48,932 nt of DNA from an uncultured Bacilli bacterium. GTDB taxonomy: Bacteria; Bacillota_I; Bacilli_A; RF39; UBA660. Shown piece by piece: positions 19,669 to 28,983 of the stretch; position 1 is the first letter of the stretch; each line of letters opens with the position of its first letter. The stretch is taken from assembly GCA_947628565.1 (NCBI GenBank), contig CANRAH010000012.1:1-48932 (forward strand), read 5' to 3'. The translations under genes were made by a program, and so were the position numbers. The notes below the pieces were generated by a model. The model was not told where the DNA came from and searched no databases. It saw only the letters and a program-made list of their open reading frames with translations.

Positions 19669-20286
19669 ATGCAAAAAATCAGATATTATTTTGAAAAATA
19701 TAAATTAATAATAGTTATTACAATTATAGTGATGGTTATTATTTCTTTTTTTATTCTTTTAATTAAAGATAAATATAATACTGTTGAAGAAGAAATTGTA
19801 ACTGATATTGAAAAAAACGATACAATTAATTTAATTAAAGTTGAAATAAAGGGGCTAGTAAAAAATCCTGGCGTGTATGAAATTAGTGAAAATTCTAGAG
19901 TCATAGATGTGATAAATAAGGCTGGAGGACTTTTAGAAGATGCCAGTACACAAAATTTAAATTTAAGTAAAAAAATAGTCGATGAAGATGTAATAATAGT
20001 TAATTCTAAAGAGATGGAAGAATCAAATTTAAATGACTATGTAAATTCAAATACCAATACTAGCATAAATACTCAAAATAAAAATGTATCCGATGGTTTG
20101 ATTTCTATAAATAACGCAACAATTGAAGAATTAGAAACTTTGCCACAAGTAGGTGAGAAAAAGGCAATTGCCATAATTGAATATAGAAATCAAAATGGAC
20201 CTTTTAAATCATTAGATGAAATTATGAATGTATCTGGTATAGGAGATAAAATTTATTCAAAAATTAAAGACTATATTAAACTCTAA
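19669..20286 (+). CDS. comEA: competence protein ComEA (DNA receptor)
   Basis: N-terminal TM, SLBB-like domain, C-terminal tandem helix-hairpin-helix (INNATIEELETLPQVGEKKAIAIIEYR...SGIGDKI). Confidence 0.75.
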   Translation: MQKIRYYFEKYKLIIVITIIVMVIISFFILLIKDKYNTVEEEIVTDIEKNDTINLIKVEIKGLVKNPGVYEISENSRVIDVINKAGGLLEDASTQNLNLSKKIVDEDVIIVNSKEMEESNLNDYVNSNTNTSINTQNKNVSDGLISINNATIEELETLPQVGEKKAIAIIEYRNQNGPFKSLDEIMNVSGIGDKIYSKIKDYIKL

Positions 20287-20452
20287 TATATTTATAATAA
20301 TACTTATTTCAATTGCTATAATTAGAGTTTCATACAAAGTTTTAAATATTAATTCAAATTATAATATAAATGATTCTAAAATAACTGGGATAGTTACAAA
20401 AATAAAAGATGATAAAAATATTATAATAACGCTTAAAGCAAAAGAAAATATT

Positions 20453-22282
20453 TTGGTATATTATTACGGTAATATAAATTTAAATTTAGGTGATAAAATT
20501 ACTGTATATGGTACTTTACAACCACTTAAAGTTAATACTAATTTTAATTTGTTTAATTATAAAAAATATATGCTAAGTTTAAATACATATTGGAAAATGA
20601 ATGTTGAAAAAATTAAATTAATACATAGAAATACTAATATTTTATATAAAATGAAAAATAATTTGATAGATAAAATAAATAATAAATCATCTTCACAATA
20701 TTTAAAAGCATTTATATTAGGAGATACTAGTAATATAGATAGTAATATAGTAAATTCATATAAAGATAATGGTATAATTCATCTATTCTCGATTTCTGGC
20801 ATGCATGTTACTTTTTTATCATCTATTTTACTTTATATATTAAATAAGATAAAAAAGACAAATTTTAATTATTTTATAATATCCTTATTTTTATTATTTT
20901 ATATGTTTTTAACAAATTTTTCTAATTCAATAATAAGATCAACTTTGCTATTTATATGCTTTAGTATTAATAGTATATTTGATTTAAAAGTAAATAAAAT
21001 GAATATATTTTTACTTATTTTAAGTATAACTATTATAATTAATCCATATAATATATATAATACTGGATATATTTTTAGTTATACTATATCATTTTATTTA
21101 TTATTATTTAATAAAATTATAAATTCTAAAAAAAATTATATAACAAAAATATTTATAACATCTATTATTTCATTTTTAGTGAGTATTCCAATACTTATAA
21201 ATAATTATTTTAGTATAAACTTAATGACAATTATTAATAATATCATATTTGTACCATTTGTTTCATTTTTCATATTTCCTTTATCATTTATTTCTCTTAT
21301 ATTACCCAAATTAGATATAATATATGATTTTTTAATTAATATACTTGAAAATTTATCACTTTTTATATTGAAATTTAAATTTGAAATAATTTTATGTCAT
21401 ATAAATTTATTTATGATTATATTCTATTATATTATTATTACATTTATTCTATATAAAATAAGTAAAGACAAATATATATATTTATTGTTTATAGTATTAA
21501 TTATATTTGTACATTCAAATATAAATATAATTAATAAAAAATCTTTTATCACTTTTTTGGATGTAGATCAAGGAGATAGTGCACTGATGCATTTAAATAA
21601 TAAAAATATATTAATAGATACTGGAGGATTAATATACTATGATATTTCAAATAATATAATAAATTATTTAAAAAGTGAAGGAATAAAAAAATTAGATTAT
21701 TTAATATTAACGCATGGGGATTTTGATCATATGGGTGCATCAATTAATTTAGTGAATAATTTTAAAATAAAAAAAGTAATATTAAATTGTGGCGAATTTA
21801 ATGAATTAGAAAAAGAATTAATTGAAATTTTAAACAAAAAGGAAATATTATATTATAGTTGTATTAAAGAATTAAAAATTAATAACAATAAATTATATTT
21901 TTTAAATAATGGAAATTATGATAATGAAAATGATAATTCTAATGTTATTTATATGAAACTTAATAATTATAAATTTCTTTTTATGGGAGACGCTACATCT
22001 AAAGTGGAAAAATTACTGTTAAAAAAATATGATTTTAATTATATAGATGTATTAAAAGTGGGTCATCATGGAAGCAATACAAGTAGCAGTAAAGAATTTA
22101 TAAATAGTATTATTCCTAAATATTCTATAATATCGGTTGGTAAAAACAATAGATATGGTCATCCTAATAAAGAAGTATTAAAAAATTTGGATAATAGTAA
22201 AATTTATAGAACAGATTATAATGGTAGTATTAAATTTATAATAAAAAATAGCAGATTAAAAGTATATACTTGTATTTCATAA
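20453..22282 (+). CDS. comEC: competence protein ComEC/Rec2 (DNA channel + metallo-beta-lactamase domain); 5' end apparently disrupted
   Basis: Competence membrane domain plus C-terminal MBL motifs (LTHGDFDHMGA, VGHHGSNTSS); see finding on N-terminal segment in another frame. Confidence 0.75.
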   Translation: MVYYYGNINLNLGDKITVYGTLQPLKVNTNFNLFNYKKYMLSLNTYWKMNVEKIKLIHRNTNILYKMKNNLIDKINNKSSSQYLKAFILGDTSNIDSNIVNSYKDNGIIHLFSISGMHVTFLSSILLYILNKIKKTNFNYFIISLFLLFYMFLTNFSNSIIRSTLLFICFSINSIFDLKVNKMNIFLLILSITIIINPYNIYNTGYIFSYTISFYLLLFNKIINSKKNYITKIFITSIISFLVSIPILINNYFSINLMTIINNIIFVPFVSFFIFPLSFISLILPKLDIIYDFLINILENLSLFILKFKFEIILCHINLFMIIFYYIIITFILYKISKDKYIYLLFIVLIIFVHSNINIINKKSFITFLDVDQGDSALMHLNNKNILIDTGGLIYYDISNNIINYLKSEGIKKLDYLILTHGDFDHMGASINLVNNFKIKKVILNCGEFNELEKELIEILNKKEILYYSCIKELKINNNKLYFLNNGNYDNENDNSNVIYMKLNNYKFLFMGDATSKVEKLLLKKYDFNYIDVLKVGHHGSNTSSSKEFINSIIPKYSIISVGKNNRYGHPNKEVLKNLDNSKIYRTDYNGSIKFIIKNSRLKVYTCIS

Positions 22283-22439
22283 GGAAATTATGAACAAAAT
22301 TATATAAATATCATATATTATTTATGTAAGATGAATATAAAATAAAAATTTGCATATATTAAAATTAGGACGTAATTAAAAATGTAACTTAGCTACACCC
22401 CATATTAATACTTAGTATTAATAGGTGTTTATATAGATT

Positions 22440-22472
22440 GGAACCAAATGGTTCCTTTTATTGTCTTTTTTT
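22440..22472 (+). terminator. intrinsic terminator after comEC
   Basis: Hairpin GGAACC-aaat-GGTTCC followed by ttttattgtcttttttt. Confidence 0.5.
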
Positions 22473-22512
22473 AAAATGTATGTTATAATGAAAACGATAG
22501 TAGGAGGTATTT

Positions 22513-22653
22513 ATGGCAAAAAGAGGTAGACCGTCAAAAAAAACATTAAAGAAAAGAAAAGAAGCAAAGACTAAAAGTGAGCATATACTATTATTAGGTG
22601 TTATTTTAGTAATAGCATTCGCAATATTAGGATATTTTCTTTTGACTAAATAG
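22513..22653 (+). CDS. small basic single-TM peptide (46 aa)
   Basis: MAKRGRPSKKTLKKRKEAKTKSEHILLLGVILVIAFAILGYFLLTK; strong AGGAGG RBS; extended -10 TGtTATAAT about 25 nt upstream. Confidence 0.4.
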   Translation: MAKRGRPSKKTLKKRKEAKTKSEHILLLGVILVIAFAILGYFLLTK

Positions 22654-22739
22654 GAATTTAACCATTTATAAAATATTATTATGTTTAATTATATTATTTT
22701 CCTTTTATTTGCGTATAATAAAAAAGTAATAAATTTTAC

Positions 22740-22768
22740 TTGACAAAAATAAAATTCTAATTTATAAT
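22740..22768 (+). promoter_or_regulatory. sigma-A type promoter for the T-box/tRNA-Asn/gatCAB-asnS unit
   Basis: Perfect TTGACA-17 nt-TATAAT. Confidence 0.6.
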
Positions 22769-22774
22769 TAGTAC

Positions 22775-23027
22775 ATAACGTTTTAAAAGTGTTGATTGAG
22801 AGAAGTAATAATATAAACTGATTATAGAGAGTTAGAGATGGTGGAAGCTAACATTAAGAATATTATGAATAACACTCAGGAGCTATTAGCTTGAACAAAG
22901 TAGAGTTAATCGGATGTAATCCGTTAAAAATTACTCGGTTTAATTGAACTGATAAAGTGGCCTTTTTGGCAATTTGGGTGGCACCGCGGATTATTCGTCC
23001 CAAAAAAGACGAATTACTATTTTATTT
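22775..23027 (+). promoter_or_regulatory. T-box riboswitch leader (probable Asn specifier)
   Basis: Stem-I AGAGAG elements; conserved T-box AATTTGGGTGGCACCGCGG at 22971-22989; terminator ATTCGTC-ccaaaaaag-GACGAAT plus T-tract; candidate AAC(A) specifier codons in stem I. Confidence 0.7.
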
Positions 23028-23103
23028 GCTCAATTAGCTCAGTCGGTAGAGCGCACGGCTGTTAACCGTTAGGTCGTAGGTTCGAGTCCTACATTGAGCG
23101 CCA
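23028..23103 (+). tRNA. tRNA-Asn (GUU)
   Basis: Cloverleaf with anticodon loop CTGTTAA; acceptor GCTCAAT/ATTGAGC; CCA encoded. Confidence 0.9.
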
Positions 23104-23108
23104 TTTAT

Positions 23109-23184
23109 GCCTGATTAGCTCAGTCGGTAGAGCGCACGGCTGTTAACCGTTAGGTCGTAGGTTCGAGTCCTACATCAGGCGCCA
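23109..23184 (+). tRNA. tRNA-Asn (GUU), second copy with different acceptor stem
   Basis: Identical body to first copy; acceptor GCCTGAT/ATCAGGC; CCA encoded. Confidence 0.9.
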
Positions 23185-23196
23185 TTTTAAAATAGT

Positions 23197-23220
23197 ACAA
23201 GTCTTATGACTTGTTTTTTT
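23197..23220 (+). terminator. hairpin + T-tract between tRNA-Asn pair and gatC (partial terminator/processing site?)
   Basis: ACAAGTC-ttat-GACTTGT followed by TTTTTTT, 14 nt before gatC RBS. Confidence 0.4.
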
Positions 23221-23234
23221 GTTAGGAGGATATT

Positions 23235-23528
23235 ATGGTAACAAAAGAAAACTTAAAGGATTATGCTTCAAAACTTATGTTTGATATGGATGATGAAGGT
23301 TATAGTAGAACTTTAAAGGAATTTGAAACAGTAGAAAGACATATGGAGTTAATCGGTAAAATTGATAATATAAAAAATATAGAACCTATGACATTTCCAT
23401 ATGTAATTTATCATGCCCATTTAAGAGACGACATAGCAAAAGACTGCTTGACAAACGAAGAAGTTTTAGCAAATGCAAAAGACACTAAAGCAAATCAAGT
23501 TAAAGTTCCAAAGGTGGTGGCTGAATGA
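23235..23528 (+). CDS. gatC: Asp/Glu-tRNA amidotransferase subunit C
   Basis: 97 aa, GatC-like; 4-nt overlap with gatA. Confidence 0.85.
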   Translation: MVTKENLKDYASKLMFDMDDEGYSRTLKEFETVERHMELIGKIDNIKNIEPMTFPYVIYHAHLRDDIAKDCLTNEEVLANAKDTKANQVKVPKVVAE

Positions 23529-24970
23529 AAACAATAATGGATTTAAGGGAAGATTTAGATACTGGTAAAGTAACTAGTAATGAATTATTTTCTATTTCAA
23601 ATAAAAAGGCACATGAATATCAAGATGAATTTAATTCTTTTGTAACTATAGTAGATAAGAAAGAAGAACAAGAGTCTAATACACTATTAAGTGGTATACC
23701 ATATGCTTTAAAGGATAACTTTTCTACAACTGGTATTCTTACAACAGCATCATCAAACATTCTTAAAGATTATGTTCCTGTATATGATGCAACAGTATAT
23801 AAAAAATTAAAAGATGCCGGTGCAATATTAGTAGGTAAAACTGTACTTGATGAACTTGCAATGGGAGGAACTGGTACAACTGGACACACTGGAATAGTTA
23901 GAAATCCTTGGGATAAAAATAGGCAAATAGGTGGATCATCAAGTGGATCAGCATCAGCAGTCGCACTTGGAATAGTTCCATTTGCAATAGGATCGGATAC
24001 GGGAGATTCAGTAAGAAAACCAGCATGTTTTGGTGGAATAGTTGGATTTAAACCAACATATGGTAGAATTTCGCGTTATGGACTTTTTGCTTTTGCATCA
24101 AGTTTAGATCATGTTGGATGCCTTACAAGATGTGTTAAAGATGCTGCAATTGTTACAGATATATTAAAAGGTAAAGATGAAAGAGATATGACATCTTTGC
24201 CTGATGAAGACATTAAATACAGTGATGTAATTGATAATGACATTAAAGGTAAAAAATTGTTTTACATAAAAGAAATTACTGATTTAAATCTTTATAAAGA
24301 TGCAGGAGAAGAAACTTTAGAAATATTGAATAAATTTAAAGAAGTAATAGAAAAATGTAAAAAATTAGGATTCATAGTGGAAGAAATTTCATTTGATGAG
24401 CAATTACTTAAAGCTATTTATCCAACATATATAACAATAAGTTCGGCTGAAGCAACGAGTAATAATTCTAATTTAACAGGTATACCTTTTGGCCCTCGTG
24501 GAAATGGTAATAACATAAATGAAATCATGTTTGATGCTAGAACAAAAGGATTTAGCGAGCTTATAAAAAGAAGATTTATATTAGGAAGTTATGTTCTTCA
24601 AAAAGAAAATCAAGAAAGATTATTTAAAAATGCTCAAAGATTAAGACATTTGATTGTAGATAAGATGAATGAATTGTTTAAAACTTACGATGCAATGATT
24701 TTACCAGCAAGTGGTGGTATTGCGCCTAAATTTGATAGTGAAATTGATAGAATGTCAGATAGATATTTAATGCTTGAAAATCATATGGTAATAGGTAATT
24801 TTGGAGGATTTCCTTCTATAACTATTCCAAGTGGTTTTGTATCAAATATGCCTATTGGGATAAATATAACAGGAAGAGTATTCGAGGATGGATTGACTTT
24901 AAATATAGCAAACAAAATTGAAGAAGCTTTGGGATATAAAGGCCTTATAAAGGAGGAATATGATGTATAA
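23525..24970 (+). CDS. gatA: Asp/Glu-tRNA amidotransferase subunit A (amidase)
   Basis: Amidase signature GGSSSGSASAVA, Ser-cisSer-Lys triad context. Confidence 0.9.
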   Translation: MKTIMDLREDLDTGKVTSNELFSISNKKAHEYQDEFNSFVTIVDKKEEQESNTLLSGIPYALKDNFSTTGILTTASSNILKDYVPVYDATVYKKLKDAGAILVGKTVLDELAMGGTGTTGHTGIVRNPWDKNRQIGGSSSGSASAVALGIVPFAIGSDTGDSVRKPACFGGIVGFKPTYGRISRYGLFAFASSLDHVGCLTRCVKDAAIVTDILKGKDERDMTSLPDEDIKYSDVIDNDIKGKKLFYIKEITDLNLYKDAGEETLEILNKFKEVIEKCKKLGFIVEEISFDEQLLKAIYPTYITISSAEATSNNSNLTGIPFGPRGNGNNINEIMFDARTKGFSELIKRRFILGSYVLQKENQERLFKNAQRLRHLIVDKMNELFKTYDAMILPASGGIAPKFDSEIDRMSDRYLMLENHMVIGNFGGFPSITIPSGFVSNMPIGINITGRVFEDGLTLNIANKIEEALGYKGLIKEEYDV

Positions 24971-26378
24971 AGTAACTATAGGACTTGAAGTTCACTGTGA
25001 GGTAAAAACTAATTCAAAAAATTTCTCTAGTGCAAAAAATTCATATTCAGAATATCCAAATGAAAATATAGATACAGTAGATATTGGACTACCTGGTATA
25101 CTTCCTGTAGCTAATAAAGAGGCATTTAAAAAGGCCTTAATGATGGCACTTGCCCTAAATTGTAAAACGCCAGATATAGTAATGTTTGATAGAAAAAATT
25201 ATTATTATCCAGATCTTCCTAAAGGGTATCAAATAACTCAAGAGACTAAACCAGTTGGCGTTGATGGATATATTATGGTAAATGTGAATGGTGAAGATAA
25301 AAAAATAAATATAAATAATATACATTTAGAAGAAGATACGGCTTCACTTGATCATTTTAACGATTATTCTTTAATTGATTATAATAGAGCAGGAGTTCCA
25401 TTACTTGAAACAGTTACCGAACCTTGCATACATTCTATAGAAGAAGCACTCGCTTTTTTGGAAGCATTAAAAGGTATATTCCTTTATACTGGTGTATCAG
25501 ATGCTCGTATAGATAGAGGGGAAATGAGAGTAGATGTAAATATCTCACTGTCTAAAGATGATACCTTAGGAACAAGAACGGAAATGAAAAATATAAATAG
25601 TTTTAATAGTGTAAAGTTAGCTATGGAAACTGAAATTAAAAGGCAAACCGAATTACTTGATAAAGGAGAAGTTATAGAACAAGAAACAAGACGATTTGAT
25701 GAAGAAAATATGAAAACTATACGTCTGCGTTCAAAAGCTGATGCAATAGATTACAAATATTATATTGAGCCTAATATACCACCAATTATAATATCAGATG
25801 ATTTAATTGATGAGATAAAAAAGGAAATACCAATGTTACAATTTGAAAGAATAGAAAAATATATGAATGAATATATGCTTTCTAGACATGATTCCGAAAT
25901 ATTAGTAAAAGATAAAAAAGTATCAGACTATTTTGATGAAACTGTTAAGTTGGGGCTTACTCCAAAAGAAAGTTCAAATTTTATAATGTCTGTAATACTT
26001 GGATACCTAAATAAGTTTGATATGACTATTGATAAATTCTTTTTTACACCTAATATGTTATATGATTTGATTACTATGGTAAATAAAGGAGAAATATCGT
26101 CTAAACAAAGTAAAGAGGTATTTTTGAAATGTTGTGAAGAAAATAAAGAACCTAAAAAAATTGTAAAAGAATTGGGTGTAACTCAAATAACCGACGATAA
26201 AACTATACGTGATATAGTAATTAAAAGATTAGATGAAAGACCCGATTTGATAGAAGATCATAGAAAAGGTAAAAATACATTCAATTATTTCGTTGGTGAA
26301 GTTATGAAAGAAACAAAAGGAAAGGCCAACCCAAGTTTAACAGCAAGTATAATAAAAGAGGAAATGGAAAAAAGGTGA
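24960..26378 (+). CDS. gatB: Asp/Glu-tRNA amidotransferase subunit B
   Basis: GatB N-terminus YKVTIGLEVHCE and C-terminal YqeY-like domain. Confidence 0.9.
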   Translation: MMYKVTIGLEVHCEVKTNSKNFSSAKNSYSEYPNENIDTVDIGLPGILPVANKEAFKKALMMALALNCKTPDIVMFDRKNYYYPDLPKGYQITQETKPVGVDGYIMVNVNGEDKKININNIHLEEDTASLDHFNDYSLIDYNRAGVPLLETVTEPCIHSIEEALAFLEALKGIFLYTGVSDARIDRGEMRVDVNISLSKDDTLGTRTEMKNINSFNSVKLAMETEIKRQTELLDKGEVIEQETRRFDEENMKTIRLRSKADAIDYKYYIEPNIPPIIISDDLIDEIKKEIPMLQFERIEKYMNEYMLSRHDSEILVKDKKVSDYFDETVKLGLTPKESSNFIMSVILGYLNKFDMTIDKFFFTPNMLYDLITMVNKGEISSKQSKEVFLKCCEENKEPKKIVKELGVTQITDDKTIRDIVIKRLDERPDLIEDHRKGKNTFNYFVGEVMKETKGKANPSLTASIIKEEMEKR

Positions 26379-26382
26379 TAAA

Positions 26383-27759
26383 ATGATAGATGTAAGAGAT
26401 TTATATAGTGATTATAGAAAATATTTAAATAAAGAAATAACTGTTCAAGGATGGATTAGAAGTCATAGAAAACAAAAAGAATTTGGATTTATTGATTTTA
26501 ATGATGGAACATATCAAAAAAATCTTCAAATAGTATATGATAATAAATTAACTGATTTTGACTCTATAAGTAAACTTAAATTGGGTTCAGCAATTACAGT
26601 AAAGGGAACTTTAATTGAATCAGAAGGCAATCAAGATTTTGAATTGAAAGCATCTTATGTGAAACTTGAAGGAGATTGTATGGATGATTATCCACTTCAG
26701 TCTAAAGGAAGACCTACACGCGAATTTTTAAGAGAAATAGCGTATCTTCGCCCAAGAACTAACCTTTTTAATGCAATATTTAGAGTAAGAAGTGTTGCAG
26801 CTTATGCAATACATAAGTATTTTCAAGATAATGGTTATGTATATTTTCATGCACCAATTATAACAGCTAGTGATTGCGAAGGAGCAGGAGAGATGTTTCA
26901 AGTAACTACTTTAGATTTAGATAAAGTAGCAAAAAACGGAAAAGTGGATTATAGTAAAGATTTCTTTAATAAAAAAAGTTCCTTAACAGTAAGTGGTCAA
27001 CTTCAAGCCGAAACATTTGCTTTAGCCTATAAAAAAACATATACATTTGGTCCTACATTTAGAGCTGAAAATTCTAATACTAAAATACATGCATGTGAAT
27101 TTTGGATGATAGAACCTGAAATAGCATTCTGCGATCTTGAAGGTGATATGGATATAATGGAGGATATGCTTAAATATATAGTTAAATATGTCCTTGATAA
27201 TTGTAAGGAAGAAATGGATTTGTTTGATAAATTTGTAGAAAAAGGACTTATCGATAAACTTACTAAATTAATTAATAGTAAATTTACGAGAATAGATCAT
27301 AAAGATGTAATAAAAATATTAAAAGAGGCTCCTGTTAAATGGGAATTCGAACCAGAATACGGTGAAGATATTGCAAAGGAACATGAAAAATATATAACAG
27401 AATATTTTAACGGCCCAGTTTTTATTAAAAATTGGCCAAAAGATATTAAAGCATTTTATATGAAACAAAATGCTGATGGCAAGACTGTAGCAGCTGTGGA
27501 TTTGGAAGTACCAGGTGCGGGAGAACTTATGGGAGGATCACAAAGAGAAGAATCTTATGAAAAATTAGTTAAGCGTATGGAAGAACTTAATATGGATAAA
27601 TCATCGCTTGATTGGTATTTAAATTTGAGAAAATATGGTGGATGTGTTCATTCAGGATTTGGCATGGGATTTGAAAGACTTCTTATATATTTAACAGGCG
27701 TCGATAATATAAGGGATGTAATACCATATTATAGAACGCCAGGAAACTGCGACTATTAG
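26383..27759 (+). CDS. asnS: asparaginyl-tRNA synthetase
   Basis: Class II aaRS, N-terminal OB fold, LTVSGQLQAE and FRAENSNTKIHACEFWMIEPEIAF signatures of AsnRS. Confidence 0.85.
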   Translation: MIDVRDLYSDYRKYLNKEITVQGWIRSHRKQKEFGFIDFNDGTYQKNLQIVYDNKLTDFDSISKLKLGSAITVKGTLIESEGNQDFELKASYVKLEGDCMDDYPLQSKGRPTREFLREIAYLRPRTNLFNAIFRVRSVAAYAIHKYFQDNGYVYFHAPIITASDCEGAGEMFQVTTLDLDKVAKNGKVDYSKDFFNKKSSLTVSGQLQAETFALAYKKTYTFGPTFRAENSNTKIHACEFWMIEPEIAFCDLEGDMDIMEDMLKYIVKYVLDNCKEEMDLFDKFVEKGLIDKLTKLINSKFTRIDHKDVIKILKEAPVKWEFEPEYGEDIAKEHEKYITEYFNGPVFIKNWPKDIKAFYMKQNADGKTVAAVDLEVPGAGELMGGSQREESYEKLVKRMEELNMDKSSLDWYLNLRKYGGCVHSGFGMGFERLLIYLTGVDNIRDVIPYYRTPGNCDY

Positions 27760-27813
27760 ATTACTTAAAATTTATATTAAATTAAAATATTTATTAATAT
27801 ATATTTTATAGAC

Positions 27814-27842
27814 TTGACAAAAGTAAAAAAATATGGTAATAT
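27814..27842 (+). promoter_or_regulatory. sigma-A type promoter
   Basis: TTGACA-17 nt-TAATAT. Confidence 0.5.
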
Positions 27843-27849
27843 ATAGTTC

Positions 27850-27976
27850 GTTGAAAGGGAGTAGTTCCCATATAATATGGATTTAGTTCGTCAATTCGAT
27901 GTGTAAACATTCGGGCTAAATGATAAAGTTTATTGAACAAGACTTTCACACAATATGTGTGAGTCTTGTTTTTTGT
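27850..27976 (+). ncRNA. about 125-nt structured leader/sRNA ending in strong intrinsic terminator (candidate riboswitch of unidentified class)
   Basis: Several local hairpins (GGGA..TCCC, CCATAT..ATATGG, ATTTAG..CTAAAT) then a 16-bp hairpin AACAAGACTTTCACACA-atat-TGTGTGAGTCTTGTT plus TTTTTTG, 77 nt before the RBS of the 28053 gene. Confidence 0.35.
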
Positions 27977-28052
27977 CTTTCAATATTCTCACATATTGAA
28001 AAAATTTAAAAAGAAAGGATTATAAAAAAGACATTAATAGAGAGGTGAAAAT

Positions 28053-28640
28053 ATGAAAGAAGAAATAATTTTAAAAAGTACACATCCAGAAGAATATTCA
28101 GATTTAACTGTTGAGTGTAGAGTGATACCAAATGATAAAATAGGAGAATATCTAGATACAATATCTGAAGAAAAAAAATTCTATGCTTATAAAAAAGGTA
28201 GTGTAAAAGCAAGAGTTGGAAAAGTTGGAGAAAAAGTTAAGACTACTTTAAAAACAATAGTGGATGGAAAAGAATATATTTTAAGTGAAGAAGAAAATAT
28301 AGTAAAAGAAAGAGATGGACATGCAGATATTGTTGTTACAAATGTATCTAGTACATCTAATGAACAATATATTGTTAAAAATTCTAAATTTATAGAAACT
28401 TATAGTCCAACAAATGATGAAATTATCGGATGGACTCCAGTTTATGATTCAAGAATGCTTACACAAGTTGATGAAAACATAATTATAATGACGGCTTGGG
28501 GTGCTCCTGCTGTATGTTTAGCTGGTAGCTACATAGTTACATATAATGCAGATGAAAATGATTATAATACTCTAGAACAAGGTGCATTTAATTCAACTTA
28601 TCAAAAAGAAGATAAACATCAAAAAAAATTAAATAAATAA
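28053..28640 (+). CDS. hypothetical protein (195 aa)
   Basis: ORF with AGAGAGGTG RBS; no recognised domain. Confidence 0.5.
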   Translation: MKEEIILKSTHPEEYSDLTVECRVIPNDKIGEYLDTISEEKKFYAYKKGSVKARVGKVGEKVKTTLKTIVDGKEYILSEEENIVKERDGHADIVVTNVSSTSNEQYIVKNSKFIETYSPTNDEIIGWTPVYDSRMLTQVDENIIIMTAWGAPAVCLAGSYIVTYNADENDYNTLEQGAFNSTYQKEDKHQKKLNK

Positions 28641-28650
28641 TATTTAGCAA

Positions 28651-28676
28651 AAAGTGGAATTTATTTTCCACTTTTT
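28651..28676 (+). terminator. intrinsic terminator
   Basis: AAAGTGGAA-tttatt-TTCCACTTT followed by TTTTATT. Confidence 0.5.
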
Positions 28677-28983
28677 TATTAAATTAGAAAAAGATAAATT
28701 ACTATAAATAAAATATTGTGTAAGTAGATAAAATATGATATAATGACAATATAAAGATAAAATACTTCTTAAATTGATAATAAAAAATTATCTTTTTAAG
28801 AAAAGATACTAGTAAATACTTTAATAAGGCATTCACATGACTTAAATAGCAATACTCATATTTACGGTGATTAAAATTATCTAGATCAATTAATGCTTGA
28901 TGTCTTTTTAAGTCAAAAATGTTAAATTATATTGAATGGTGAAATATAATAATTATAAATATAGTAAATGGGAGGAAAATATT

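Noticed and set aside
27850-27976. Assignment of the structured leader to a known riboswitch class
   Set aside because: No match by eye to T-box, c-di-GMP-I/II, preQ1, fluoride, guanidine-I/II/III, TPP, SAM or glycine consensus elements. It is left as an unclassified candidate.
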